From: Heterodontus francisci
Lineage: Eukaryota
NCBI RefSeq assembly: GCF_036365525.1
Contig: NC_090418.1
Location: forward strand, 10,912,856-10,976,855
Reading direction: 5' to 3'
Length of the DNA: 64,000 nucleotides
Part shown: positions 24,680 to 36,600 of the stretch, piece by piece
How positions within the stretch are numbered: position 1 is the first letter of the stretch
Layout: each line of letters opens with the position of its first letter
Notes under the pieces: model-generated
Told to the model about the DNA's origin: nothing
The model's database searches: none
What the model saw: only the letters and a program-made list of their open reading frames with translations
Program-made: the position numbers and the translations under genes

Positions 24680-26990
24680 TCGCTGATGAAGATTTTGGGA
24701 AGGTTGTACCCACCGGTTGCAGGCAAGCTGGTGGTTGGTCAGGCCTTTCCGTCATCAGCAGATTCTCCCACAGTGGGTACAAGTGAAGGTGTAGTGGCTG
24801 CTGGGGGTAATTGGATCTATCCTTCTCCTCCTTTTCTCTTTCATGCTGGTTCTTCGCTCAGTCTCAGAGGTGTCTGTAGCCCTCTTGATGTAGCATCTCC
24901 AGGCATCACGATCTATGGTCTGCACTTCCCACTGGCGATGGTCGATGTGACACACAGAGAGGGACTTCTTCAGGGAGTCCTTGAAACATTTGCATGGGCC
25001 CCCTCTGTTCCTTTTATCAGTGGTCAGCTTCCCGTACACCATGACCTTGGGCAGGCGACTGTCGTCCATCTGACTAACCTGACCCACCCAACACAGTTGG
25101 CTTTGCAGGAGGATGGCCTTGATGCTGGCGATGTTGGCTGTTTCCAGGACTTCAATGTTTGTGATGCAGTCCTGCCAGTGGATCTTGAGGATGCTGTGGA
25201 CGCAGCACTGATGGAAGTGGTCTAGAAGGCGTACATGATGGCGGTATAGGACCCATGACCTGGTGCCATACAGAAGGGTGGTGAGGACTTTGAGTTTGTA
25301 CACTTTGAATTTGGTCTTTGCTCTGAGGCTGTGGTTGCTCCACACACATTGGTATAGTCTGCCAAATGTACTGTTTACTTTTGAAAGCCTATAGTCCACT
25401 TCCATGTCTATGGTGGCATCAAACGAGATGACACTCCTCAAATAAGTAAATTGCTTGACGGCATTCAGCTCGGTTCCCTCGATGACCATGCTCGGTGGTC
25501 TATATTCTTCTTGGGGTGCAGGCTGACGCAGGTCTTCAGTTTTCTTCACACTGATTTTTAGTTCGAAGAGTTGTGCTTCCTTGGAAACGTGTTGTTATGT
25601 GTTGCAGGTCTGACCGACTGTGGGCCAGGAGAGCACAGTCATCGGCGAAAAGAAGTTCACGGATGAGTTTTTCCTGTATCTTTGTGTGAGCCTGAAGACG
25701 CCTGAGGTTCAAAAGATCTCCATCAGTCCAGCAGTGAATGTAAACTCCCTCCTCAAGGTCTTCCGTTGCCTTCTGCAGCTCAGCCAGCCAGTCAAGAGAA
25801 AAAGACAGCCGACCGTCAAGCATGCAGCACCCTTTGCAGCATCATGCTGAAAAAGATGGTGAATAGGGTCAGGGCCAGCACACATTGGAGATACGGAAGG
25901 GACTCAAGAGGTCGTTGTTTTGCTTGACTTGTCCGTACTGATTTTCATGAAACTGCTTCACCATGGCCAGGAACCTGGGTGGACATCCAAGTTTTACCAG
26001 GACTTTCCAAAGTCTATCTCTGTTCACAGTTTCGAATGCCTTGGTGAGGTCGACGAAAGTGACGTATGGGCCTTTGTTTTGCTCAAGACACTTTTCTTGT
26101 AATTGTCTGAGTGCAAATACCATGTCTGTGGCGCCGCTGTTTGCTCTGAAACCACACTGGCTCTCTGGGAGGTTTTCTTCCGCAATGGTAGGCACAAGCC
26201 TGCTCAAAGGTATTCCAGCCAGGATCTTCCCAGCAATAGAAAGGAGGCTGATCCCACGGTAGTTGGAGCAGTCTGATTTTTCTCCTTTGTTTTTGTACAA
26301 GGTGATGATAACGGTAGCACGAACATCCCGTGGAATCCTGCCCTGTCCCCAGCAGGCCGTGAAACACTCCTGGAGCTTGGTGTAGAGGGCAGGGCCACCT
26401 TGTTTTAAGGCTTCGGGTGGAATTCCACCGGCTCTGGGGGCTTTGTTGTTCTTCGTCTAGTTGATGGCGGTCACAGTTTCCTCCAGAGTTGGGCTCTCAC
26501 CCAGTTCTTCTTTGGCAGGCTGTTGTTGGATGTGTTTGATGGCAGTATCATGCACTGTGCACTTGGTGCTGAAGAGAGTTTCAAAGTGCTCTGACCAGCG
26601 TTCCAGGACTGACTCCTTGTCGGTGTGTAGGGTCTTGCCATCGGTGCTCCTCAGGGGGTTTTGGATTTGATTTGCTGGTCCATAGATAGATTTTAATGTT
26701 TCGTAGAAACTTCTTATGTGGCCAGTTTCAGCGTACAGTTGAGTTATTTCCACAAGTGTGATCCACCAGTCATTGTGGATGTTCCTCAGTTTGCATTGTA
26801 GGGTGCTGCATGCTTGACGGTCGGCTGTCTTTTTCTCTTGACTGGCTGGCTGAGCCGGGTGACCCTGATGAGCTGACCTTTCTCCTTGTCATTTTCATCA
26901 AACCAGTCCCTATTCTTCTTGGTGCTGGGTCCGATGACCTCGTTGGAAGTATCCAATACAGAATTGCTCCCATTGGAGGAGAATCAAACA
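24680..26990 (-). mobile_element. Older RTE-clade LINE, frameshifted
   Basis: ORFs 26457-26753, 25869-26300 (FVDLTKAFETV), 25536-25823 (LLFADDCAL) and 24755-25549 (terminal CTHCGRIC). Confidence 0.88.
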
Positions 26991-27509
26991 TGGGAGACAG
27001 TGCGGATAAAAACCACGAGGCGGATTCCTAGCAGCGGGGTTCTGCGTTACGAGGAAAGTCGGGAGAGACTTGGGCTTTCCGACCTGTCTAAGAGGTGATC
27101 TTATAGACCAATAAAAGGTAGTAAATAATAGGGAGAAACTTTAACTGGTTTGAAATAAACTCTAAGGCCTCAGAATTGGGCTCCATCATGACATCAGTGC
27201 CGGACTGACAGAAGCCCTGAAGGGAAATAATGGCGGATACGGGGAAAGAGCCAGGGAGTGGGACTTACTGGATTGCACTTCGGAAGAGCCGGCACAGACT
27301 CGTGCTGAACTATCCTATGATTTCATAGACTATCCCAGCACAGAAGGAGGTCATTGTGCGACAGAGGCTGAAAATCCACAGTGCGTCTTAAATGCCAAAG
27401 TACTGAGATGCACCCTCTCAAAATCATAATGCTTTCCTGTAGGAAACAAATGGAAAACAACAATCCAGTCCAAGACTTCAAAGTTACAGCCTGATCCTTT
27501 GTGGAGTAT

Positions 27510-28085
27510 CCTAGAATCATACAATTATAGAATCTTACACTACAGATGGAGGCCATTCGGCCCATCGTGCCTGTGCTGACTCTTTAAAAGAGCTCTCCAA
27601 TTTCGTCCCACATCCCAGCATTTTCCCCATAACCCTGTAAATTAGTTCTCTTCATGTACCTGCCCAATTGCCTTTTGATAGTTCCAATGGAATCATATTG
27701 TACCATCCTGTCAGATCATCTGTTCCAGATCAGAACAAGCCTCCGGAGGCAGGAGTTTCTCTTCATTACCTTTCGAGTTCTTTAGCCAATTATTTGAAAT
27801 CGGTGTCCTCTGGTGACCCACCCACTTCCCAGAGGGAGCGGTTTCTCCCTGCTTGCTCTATCAAAGCCCCTCACGATGTTGGACACCTCGATTTAAATCT
27901 CCCCTTAACCTTCTCTGCTCTAAGGAGACCAATCCCTGCTTCTCCAGTCTCTCCACATTACTGATTCCCTCATTCCTGGTATCATCCTGAAACTCTGACC
28001 CCTCTCCAAGGCTTTGACATCTTTCCTAAAGTACGGTGCCCAGAATTGGACACAATGCTCCAACTGAGGCTTAACCAGAGAGTTG
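27510..28085 (-). mobile_element. CR1 3' remnant
   Basis: LVKPQLEHCVQFWAPYFRKDVKALER in ORF 27920-28120, plus a CR1 3' UTR near 27520-27580. Confidence 0.7.
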
Positions 28086-28089
28086 TTTG

Positions 28090-28250
28090 AAAAAAAGAAA
28101 GTCTTGCATTCATATAGCACCTTTCACGAGCACAGGACATCCCAAAGCGCTTTATAGCCAATAAAACAACTTTTGAAGTGCAGTCGCTGTTGTAATGGAG
28201 GAAACATGGCAGCCAATTTGTGCACAGCAAGATCCCACAATCAGGAATGT
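28090..28250 (-). mobile_element. SINE fragment with L2-type tail, directly upstream of the ZP3 copy 2 promoter
   Basis: Reverse complement of the 724-878 family; duplicated at ~56513-56675. Confidence 0.65.
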
Positions 28251-28323
28251 GACATTGGCCAGATAATTCTAGACTATTGTATGAATAGTTTCCGTCAAAA
28301 TGAGCAATCGTGGAGCTGATTTG

Positions 28324-28508
28324 TGTCAGGTGACATGGGGAAACTCAGAGTCACTCCTATTGGTCTAAATAAAATAGGCCCGCCTGGCAATGAATCCATG
28401 GGTTCTGCCATTGGGTGTAAATTGTGGAGATTGGGGCTGGTTAATTGGCTCAATGTTGCTGCTTCTGGGATCATTGGTGTCAGGTGACTGCAGGTTGTGT
28501 GTATAAAA
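28324..28508 (+). promoter_or_regulatory. ZP3 copy 2 proximal promoter
   Basis: CAGGTG at 28327 and 28481, five ATTGG boxes, TATAAAA at 28502-28508. Confidence 0.7.
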
Positions 28509-28552
28509 GGAGCTGGTTGGTGGGTGAAGGGATGGTTGAGTTGTTTGGTATC

Positions 28553-31468
28553 ATGGGGGATTTTGTAATGAGGGGTTTGTTCCCAGTGCTGGTGTTATTT
28601 GGAATTGTCTGTTGTTCTGATACTTGGCAACAGTTTCGAGACCAGAGGTTTCCATGGAGAAGAGTGAAAGCCACCCCTGTGCCTCAGAGAGTCCCTCCAA
28701 CTGGGTCTCCCTTTGGTTCCCATTTCCGTGTGTCTGAGGGTCGAAGTGTGTCTCCACTGCAGACTGTGACGGTGCAGTGTGGAGAGCAGAACCTGCTGGT
28801 CAGGGTCCAGATGGATTTATTTGGAACCAGGCACCTGATTAAAGCTGCTGACCTGACCCTGGGGACAGCAGGTTGTCGGCCGACCAGGATCTACTCTCAG
28901 AACCACACTGTCCTCTTTGACTATGGGCTCCATGAGTGTGGCAGCAGATTACAGGTAATGAGTCCTTGACTCCTGCTCTAAGCTGGGTGTGTAGATTGTT
29001 GCTAACTCCTCATTCCAATACATTGTGAAATGTCATTGAGTTGTCTGTCTCCTGCATTATCAAACTTCAATCTTGTTAGTTGTGTATTGTACTTTTGTTT
29101 TATCCAGTCTCTCCTTCTTTCCCACCTTGTATTATCAGCCCAATTGGTTTTGAACCTTCTCTTTGGTCTCTTCAAGCTTTCCTGTTTTTCTTATCCTCAT
29201 TAATGAGTCTTTTCAGTTCTACTGCCCCTCATTAAACTGAACTTGAATCTTCAGTTTCAGTCCAGTTTTATTTAATCTGGTTGACTCTTCAATGAACGAA
29301 ATGAAAAATTAGATTTGATGCCACATTTCCTGCTTTCCCTGTAACTGGATTACGTGCAGCCCTGCTTCAAGACTGGTTTATTTCAGGGCTCTAAATTGCT
29401 GTAACTTGTGGCTGTTAAGGGAATGGCCCAAAAGGACAGCTTCACTTTTATTTTGTTTAGTTCTTGTGCTCACAGTCTCTCCTTTTTACTTGTGTTAATT
29501 CTCCAGAGCAACATGCTGTACAGCCCCTCTAGCTGCTTTTAAGATTGTGCTTAAACTTCTCCTCAAATTCCATGTCCTCATCTCATTCTGATTCACTTTA
29601 TGCCCAAAAAGATATCCATCCATCTTGAATATCATCCATGAGGATTTGTCTGTCTCGGGTAGAGAATTCCAAAGATTTATGGTTTTTTGAATGAAGCTTT
29701 TTTTAATCATGGCAACTGCAAGTGACCCTGTATCTGAGTCTACACTTCCTAATTTTACTAGTCAGTTGGGGAACTGACTCAGCACTACCCTGTCAAGCCC
29801 ACTAAGAACTGTTTTGTTAGGATCACTTCATTCTTAACTCCTGTACAGAGTATTTTCCTTTTTTTGGTCTGATCTCCCTGCTTCAATATGATTTCTTTCA
29901 GATTGCTGGAGATTTCCTGGTCTACACCACCCACCTGAACCACACCCCCCAGTATCATGGATCTGTCATTGTGAGAACAAATGGAGCTGTCGTTCCCATC
30001 GAGTGTCATTATTTTAGGTAATAGATGAGTGATTTTTATTAATGAATTTTCAGTCCAATGCAAGTTCTCTGAAGTTGTCCTAAAATGACTCTCCTGTCCT
30101 TCCAGGAAGGGGAATGTGAGCAGTAACCCCATCAAGCCCACCTGGATCCCATTCAGCTCCACCAAGTCTGGAGAAGGGCATCTGTCATTCTCTCTGCGCC
30201 TAATGAATGGTATGTGATGGGTGGATGGGGAGTGATTTCCTGTACTCACCCACTGGGAGTTGTACCCACTGTCTCCAACCCTTGTCCTCTTGTACTTCAG
30301 ATGACTGGCTTACAGAGCGCACCTCGACTGTCTACTACCTGGGTGACCTCATTCACATTGAGGCCTCTGTTTCAATGACCAACCACATGCCCCTGAAGCT
30401 CTACATTGACCACTGTGTAGCTACATTGAGCCCAGACAAGGATTCCACCCCGAGATACAGCATCATTGACTATAATGGGTAAGGAGCTCTCTGCTTTCTC
30501 CAGTTGGTCCCATCTCAATGGCTTCACTTGATTCAATTCATGTCCCTTTTTTGAATCTTTCTCCAGTTGCCTCCTGGACAGCAAAGCTGAGGACTCCTTT
30601 TCAACTTTCGTGTTGCCAAGAGACGAGCGTGAGCTGGACAAGCTCCGGTTTGACCTGGATGCTTTCCTCTTCTTTGGAGATGACCTTTCCTTGGTAAGAG
30701 GAATCTGATCATTGGGCCCTCCATGTTTGGAGGGAGTCACTAAATGACTTGTGTTGAAATTTATCCCTCAGATTTTCATCACCTGTCACCTGAAAGTTGC
30801 TGCAGTGGATCGGAGAGATTCCATGAACAAAGCTTGTACTTTCCAGAAGATGCAGAATGTGTAAGTTCCCTTTTCTCTCCTGAGGGATGTTGTATGGAAA
30901 GGTGATGGACAACCTGGTTGAGCAACTTTCTCTTGTTTAGCTGGACCCCATTGGAGCAATCCAACAATGACATTTGTGCCTGTTGCCATGTGGGTAACTG
31001 TGGTGCCACAAGGGAGTTCCGATTTCCTTCCAGAGGAAGGAGGGATCTTGTACCTGAAGCTGGTAGGACATTGATCCTCTAGATGTGGGAGGTCTCCCTT
31101 TACCCCCTCTAACTGGCATGTTTGATATTGCAGAGAGTGAAGCTGGATTGAAGTGGGAGGGTGAGGCCTCACTTGGACCCCTGGTCATTCTGGATACTGA
31201 GGTGACTGACCTGGCAACGGAGTCCTTGAATGAGGTTGAGCGAAGGCTGCAGGCGAGGTCTCCAGGTGGTGAGTTGGCTGACTGCTAGTTTCCATTTTCC
31301 CTTCAGTGTTTCCTTCACTAACCATTGGTATCTCATTGCTTTGTAGGTGTGGAGTCTGAGGTGGTCCTGATTGTGGCCCTGACTGTGACAGCTGTCTGTC
31401 TGATCTCTGCTTCATTGATTGCTTTGTTCCTGTGCAGAAAACGCAAGCAAACTCCAGTTCTCCAATGA
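28553..31468 (+). CDS. ZP3: ZP3 (ZPC) copy 2. Exons 28553-28954, 29902-30017, 30106-30209, 30301-30478, 30567-30693, 30772-30860, 30941-31062, 31134-31268, 31347-31468; ~464 aa
   Basis: Exon sizes and phases match copy 1 (last exon 3 nt longer); open frame, GT-AG introns, RGRR, TM helix, tail [18 protein letters not shown] at 31471. Confidence 0.95.
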
Positions 31469-32691
31469 TCAATAAAGCAATGATACTTGTATCTTTTTCT
31501 ATTTATTTCATGTCAGCCCAATGAACAACAGCCCAGTTTAGTGATACTAGAGCATTCTCCTAATTGTGAAATAGACCAATTTCTCCCGAACCTATTTCGG
31601 GTTTGGACTTGTCAAGTTGCAGCCTGACCTATAAGAAGGATTAGTGAAATGAATCCGATCTGAGCTGATTTATCTATTCAGCTGCATGTCAGTCCCATGT
31701 TGCTGAGATTTATCCACCAGTTAGAGGAGCTGTCTGGTTGGCCAATAAAGGTGAACATTCTGAGGTCCATGGATGTATCCTCTCCACCTGAGTTCATGTC
31801 AATGTCCCATATCCCTGTGGTTTTCTACAACCTAAGGGCATTGCTGTGCAGAGTTGAGGCTGGTTGTTAGTTTCCTTTTGGCTTTCATTGACAGCTTAGG
31901 TTTTTTTTTTCATATGGGCATTCAACTGACAGTCACTTGTGGGAAGCTACAAGCATTGGGGAGGATGAGCAGTTTAGTTATGAGTTGCTTGGTCAAGTTC
32001 TCTAACTGTCGAAGACTAATTGGATTTTGAAGTTACTACCAAGTGAGTTGTTTGGCATGTTGTCTGTGGACCTCAAAAAGGTTCCCTGTAAGACTGAGGC
32101 AGCCTTTTCCTCTTGGATGTGGTTTTGGGAGATACTAAGTGTTTATATTGACTGGGATGTGACCAGTGGTGATCCCTCGGGTTCTACAGTCTGTACTGGC
32201 TACTGTTACATGAAGGAATCTTGATGTGTTATATCCAAGTTTGCAGGTGATCTCCTGTGCCAATGAGAGCAGGAAGTTCCAAAAGGGGCACTGAGTGGAT
32301 GGGCAGAGTGACAACTGCAGCTGACTGAAATTCTTCACTCAAGTCTGAAGATTAAAAATTTAAGTCAAATTCTCACCAATGAGATTTGAAGGTCCAAGTC
32401 CTTTATTTTAATAAACTATAGCAAACATTTTGCTGAACTATAGGCTTGTCACAAAGTGGAATGGCTGATGGTTCAGTTGCTGTGTACTTTGTCCAAACTC
32501 CAATGTTTTGGAGTACTAAAAATTTTGGGCACTACATCTGGGAAGGATACTGCTGGATTTGGTTGGGTTGTAGCACAGGTTGACCAGGGTTAAGTTGAGG
32601 GCTAGTTGCACAAACCTGTGAAGATGATTGGAAGAATGACCTAATCAAGGGCCTGTTAAATGTTAGGGTTTGATAGGATAGATAGACATTA

Positions 32692-33077
32692 TGGGGAGGT
32701 GGTGGCCTAGTGGCATTATCACTGGATTAGTAACCTGGAGACCCAGGGTATTTCTCTGGGGACATGGCTTCAAATCCCACCACAGCAGAAGGTGGAATTT
32801 GAATTCAATTAATAAATCTGGAATTAAAAAGCTAGTCTAATGATGGCCATGAAACCATTGTCTGGTTAAAAACCCATCTGGTTCACGAATTCCCTTTTTT
32901 TTTTAGGGAAGGAAATCTGCTGTCCTTACCTGGTCTGGCCTGCATGTGACTCCAGATCCACAGCAATGTGGTTAACTCTAACACTCAGTGCAAGGGTGAT
33001 TGGGGATGGGTAATAAATGCTGGCCTGGCCTATGACACCCATATCCCGTGAAAGAATTAAAAAAAAAAAAAAAAAAA
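32692..33077 (+). mobile_element. tRNA-derived SINE, near full length, with poly(A)
   Basis: A box TGGCCTAGTGG, B box GGCTTCAAATCCC, A-tail at 33059-33077; duplicated at ~61112-61494. Confidence 0.8.
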
Positions 33078-33265
33078 TTCATGTGGGGTGTTAAAGGGAG
33101 CTAAACTTAATAGATTATTCAGGAGTTCTCTCTTACTCCGCCATTGTGATGTGACGTGTGTTTGTCAGGTTGCCTCCGTGTGACTATTTGAGCGGCACCA
33201 TCTTTAGTCCTGGCATCCAGAAGTCGCAGTCCATGACATTTTAGAGGCATTTGCGCATGTGCCAC

Positions 33266-33286
33266 AGCACTGCCACCTAGTGGTAG
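33266..33286 (-). promoter_or_regulatory. Candidate CTCF site
   Basis: The minus strand reads CTACCACTAGGTGGCAGTGCT, a close match to the CTCF core; a copy lies at 61680-61700. Confidence 0.55.
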
Positions 33287-34059
33287 TTTTTGGAGGGCCA
33301 GCAGCTCACCAGCCACAGTGGTGACACTGGGATGAGTGGTCACTGCTGGGACTGCACCCGGCCAGGAGCAACAAGATGGAACAGGTCCCAGAACCCAGGG
33401 AAGTGGGGTCAGGCTGACCGGGGCCAGTCAGGCAGGGTGGTAAGGGGGTTGTTGGCAAGGGCAGAGTGGAGGGTGTTTCAGTGGGGGCAGCCCTCCACCG
33501 GGTGTCCCCTCCATGGGCCACAGGGTGCCCGATCAGGAGGGCTCCCCATAACCCAAGCCCACATGGAGGACGACAGCTTTTACTGGGTAGACTTCCCACG
33601 TGCTGGAGGGACTCCCAACCCATCGACCATTGGGGCTCAGGGCAGGAATGCCATCCTCCACCATCCCCCCCCCCCCGGTTGAACCAGATGGAGTCGGGAA
33701 CGGCGACAGGCATTCCCCGTCCCGCTTTCCCTTCCGATTCCACGACCTCCTACGAACCTATGAATTAGGAGCAGAAGCAGGCCATTCAGCCCCTCGAGCC
33801 TGCTCCGCCATTAATAAGATCATGGATGATCTGTTTGTGTCTGAATTCCACACTGCTTGGAAACATGTGTTTTGTGTTGCAGGTCTGACTGACTGGGGGC
33901 CAGGAGAGCAAGTCATCGGCGTAAAGAAGTTCACAGATGAGTTTTTCCTGTACCTTTGTGTGAGTCTGAAGATGCCTGAGGTTGGAAAGGTCTCCATCAG
34001 TCCGGCAGTGAACGTAAACTCCATCCTCAAGGTCTTCCGTTGCCTGCTGCACCATCATG

Positions 34060-34195
34060 CTGTGCAGGAAACGCGAGCAAACTCTGATCATTGTCAAATG
34101 ATCAATAAAGCAATGATACTTGTATCTGGTAGCTCATTTGTCACTGGATCCTCTTAATTGACTCATTTAATGTATCTAATCACTGGTATCAGCCT
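34060..34195 (+). pseudogene. ZP3: Relic of a ZP3 last-exon end, poly(A) signal and 3' flank
   Basis: CTGTGCAGGAAACGCGAGCAAACTCTGATCA..CAAATGATCAATAAAGCAATGATACTTGTATCT aligns with 9168-9310 and 31430-31495. Confidence 0.75.
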
Positions 34196-35094
34196 GGAAC
34201 GAGACTTGAGGTGGTGAGGTAGAACTGGATGTTATCAACATATATGTGGAAACTGACTGTCTTTAGATCACCAAGGGGCAGCATGCCAATAAATAAGAGG
34301 GAGCTGATCGAACCTTGTGCCACACTGGAAAGTGTTTCTGGAGTAGCACGAGTAGATGTTCCTATGGCTCGGACTGGATTGCTAAGAATAGAAGCAGGTG
34401 ACTTTAAAGCAGCTGCCCAATGAGGGAGAGGAATTGGAGAAGCAGGTTGTGGTTGCTCCTGGCAGACTGCAGCTAGGTCAGGAATGACGGAGGGATAGTT
34501 TATCACGGTTGCAACATTCCATTATGTTTTTGATGAGCCATTCTGGTGTTGCGATCGCCGTACTGCTAATTGGAGTGATGACAAACATGGGGGTCCCATT
34601 TGTCTGGAACTCAATATGGGAGGTGTCATGTTCAAGGATGTTGGTGATGGAGAGAGAGGTAGATTACAAGGACAGAGGGGTCAGCTTGCTTGAGAAGGGG
34701 GGGGTAATGATGGCAGATGTGAAGGGGAGTGGAACAAATGAGAAGCAAGTATCAGCTAATTTAGGGGCCGAGAAGGGAAATTGGGTGGTTTGCAGTTTAG
34801 TGGGAATAGGGTTGAGAAGATGAGGTGGGGTGTCATAGACAAGATGAGCTTGGAGTGGCACTGAGGGAAGATAGAGGAAGATACATTTTAGGGCAGGGTG
34901 TCAGGTGATCCTTTAGCCCAGCAGGCCAAACATGTTGCTAGGAAGTAGCAGAAGCAGCTGAATGGTCTTTGTAGTTAGATGTGAGCGTGGGGTTAGAGAG
35001 TAAATCTCCCTCGACTCTGTCCCATCTAACACTCCCAGGACAAGTTAGAGTGTAGATGGCATGTAACCTCTGCAGCATGAGGGAAACCCTGGTC

Positions 35095-36600
35095 CATACG
35101 TACATCCTAGCTGCATCTACCCTGTCTATCCCTTTGAAACTTACAAAATACTTAATGAGATCACCTCTCATTCTTTGAAATGCGAGAGAATACAGGCTCA
35201 GTTTCCCCAATCTCTCTTCATAGGACAGTCCCATCATGCCAGGAAAAAGTGTGGGGAATTTCTGTTACACTCCCTCGATGGTAATAATATCCAGGTGCTG
35301 TCTAACCAAGGTTCTATACAATTCCCACGTTCTATTCCATCTGCCACATTCTTGCCCACTCACTAAGTCTGTCCAAATCCCTTTGAAGCCGCTTTGCATC
35401 TTCCTCACAACACACATTCCCACCTAGTTTTGTGTCATCCGCGAACTTGGAAATACTACATTTGGTCCCCACATCCAAATCATTGATATGTATTGCAAAC
35501 AGCTGGGGCCCAAGTACTGATCCCTGCGGTACCCCACTAGTCACAGCCTGCCAATGCGAGAATGGCCAGTTTATTCCTACTTTCTGTTTTCTGCCTGTTA
35601 ACCAATCCTTAATCCAAGCCAGTATATTACCTCCTATCCCATGTGCTTTAATTTTACTAACCAACCTCCTGTGGGGGACTTGATCAAAAGCCTTCTGATT
35701 ATCCTCGTATACTACGTCCACCGACTCCCCTTTATCAATTCTGTTAGTAACATCCTCAAAAAAACTCCAAGAGGTTTGTCAAACATGATTTCCCATTCAT
35801 AACTCCATGTTGAGTATGCCCAATCAGATCATTATTTCCCGGTGTCCCTTTATCACATCCTTTCGAAAAGATTATAGCATTTCCCCAACAGGTCTGTAAT
35901 TCCCTGTTTCTCTCTCCCTTCCTTCTTATTTGCTACCTTCCAATCTGCAGGAACCAATCCAGAGTCCATAGAATTTTGAAAGGTGATCACCAATGCATTC
36001 ACTATCTGAATAGCTACCTCTTTCAACACTCTGGAATGTAGAATATCAGGTCCTGAGGACTTATCAACCTTCAGCCCTTTAATTTCTCCAATACAACCTG
36101 CTTACTAATACTAATTCCCTTCAATTCCTCATTCTCCCTAATCCCTTGGATCTCTAATTCCGGGAGATTTCTTGTATCTTCCTCAGTGAAGACAGACACA
36201 AAGTAATCATTTAGCTTCTCTGCCATTTCTCTATTCCCCATTATAAATTCTCCTGACTCTGTCTGTAATGCCTATGTACTGTCATGTGTATTCATGTATT
36301 TTCCCAATCCACCTCAGCCACTTAGGCCCTTATTCTTCAAAATTCCCTTTGTTCAAATTTAACACCCTGGCTTCAGATTGAACTACCTCACTTTCAAACA
36401 TAATGTAATATTATGGTCACTCATCCCTAAAGGTTCTTTTACAACAAGATTATTAATTAGCCCTTTCTCATCACATATACTAGATGTAAAATAGCCTGTT
36501 CCCTATTCGGTTCCACAACATACTGCACCAGAAAACCATCCCTAGCACACTCCAGACACTCGACCTCCACAGCATTAATGCTCATTAGGTTTACCCATTC
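35095..36600 (-). mobile_element. CR1 LINE, degenerate with deletions
   Basis: ORF 35332-35721 has [10 protein letters not shown] and KFADDTK; upstream endonuclease-region remnants are present. Confidence 0.85.

Larger units (their letters stand above)
17281..35589 (+). repeat. Recent segmental duplication, unit 1 (matches 48428-64000)
   Basis: Colinear, near-identical sequence and ORF tracks. The offset is ~31.15 kb before and ~28.42 kb after a 2.7-kb indel. Confidence 0.95.

Noticed and set aside
32692-32790. tRNA gene suggested by A and B boxes
   Set aside because: No cloverleaf is evident and it continues into a SINE body with a poly(A) tail.
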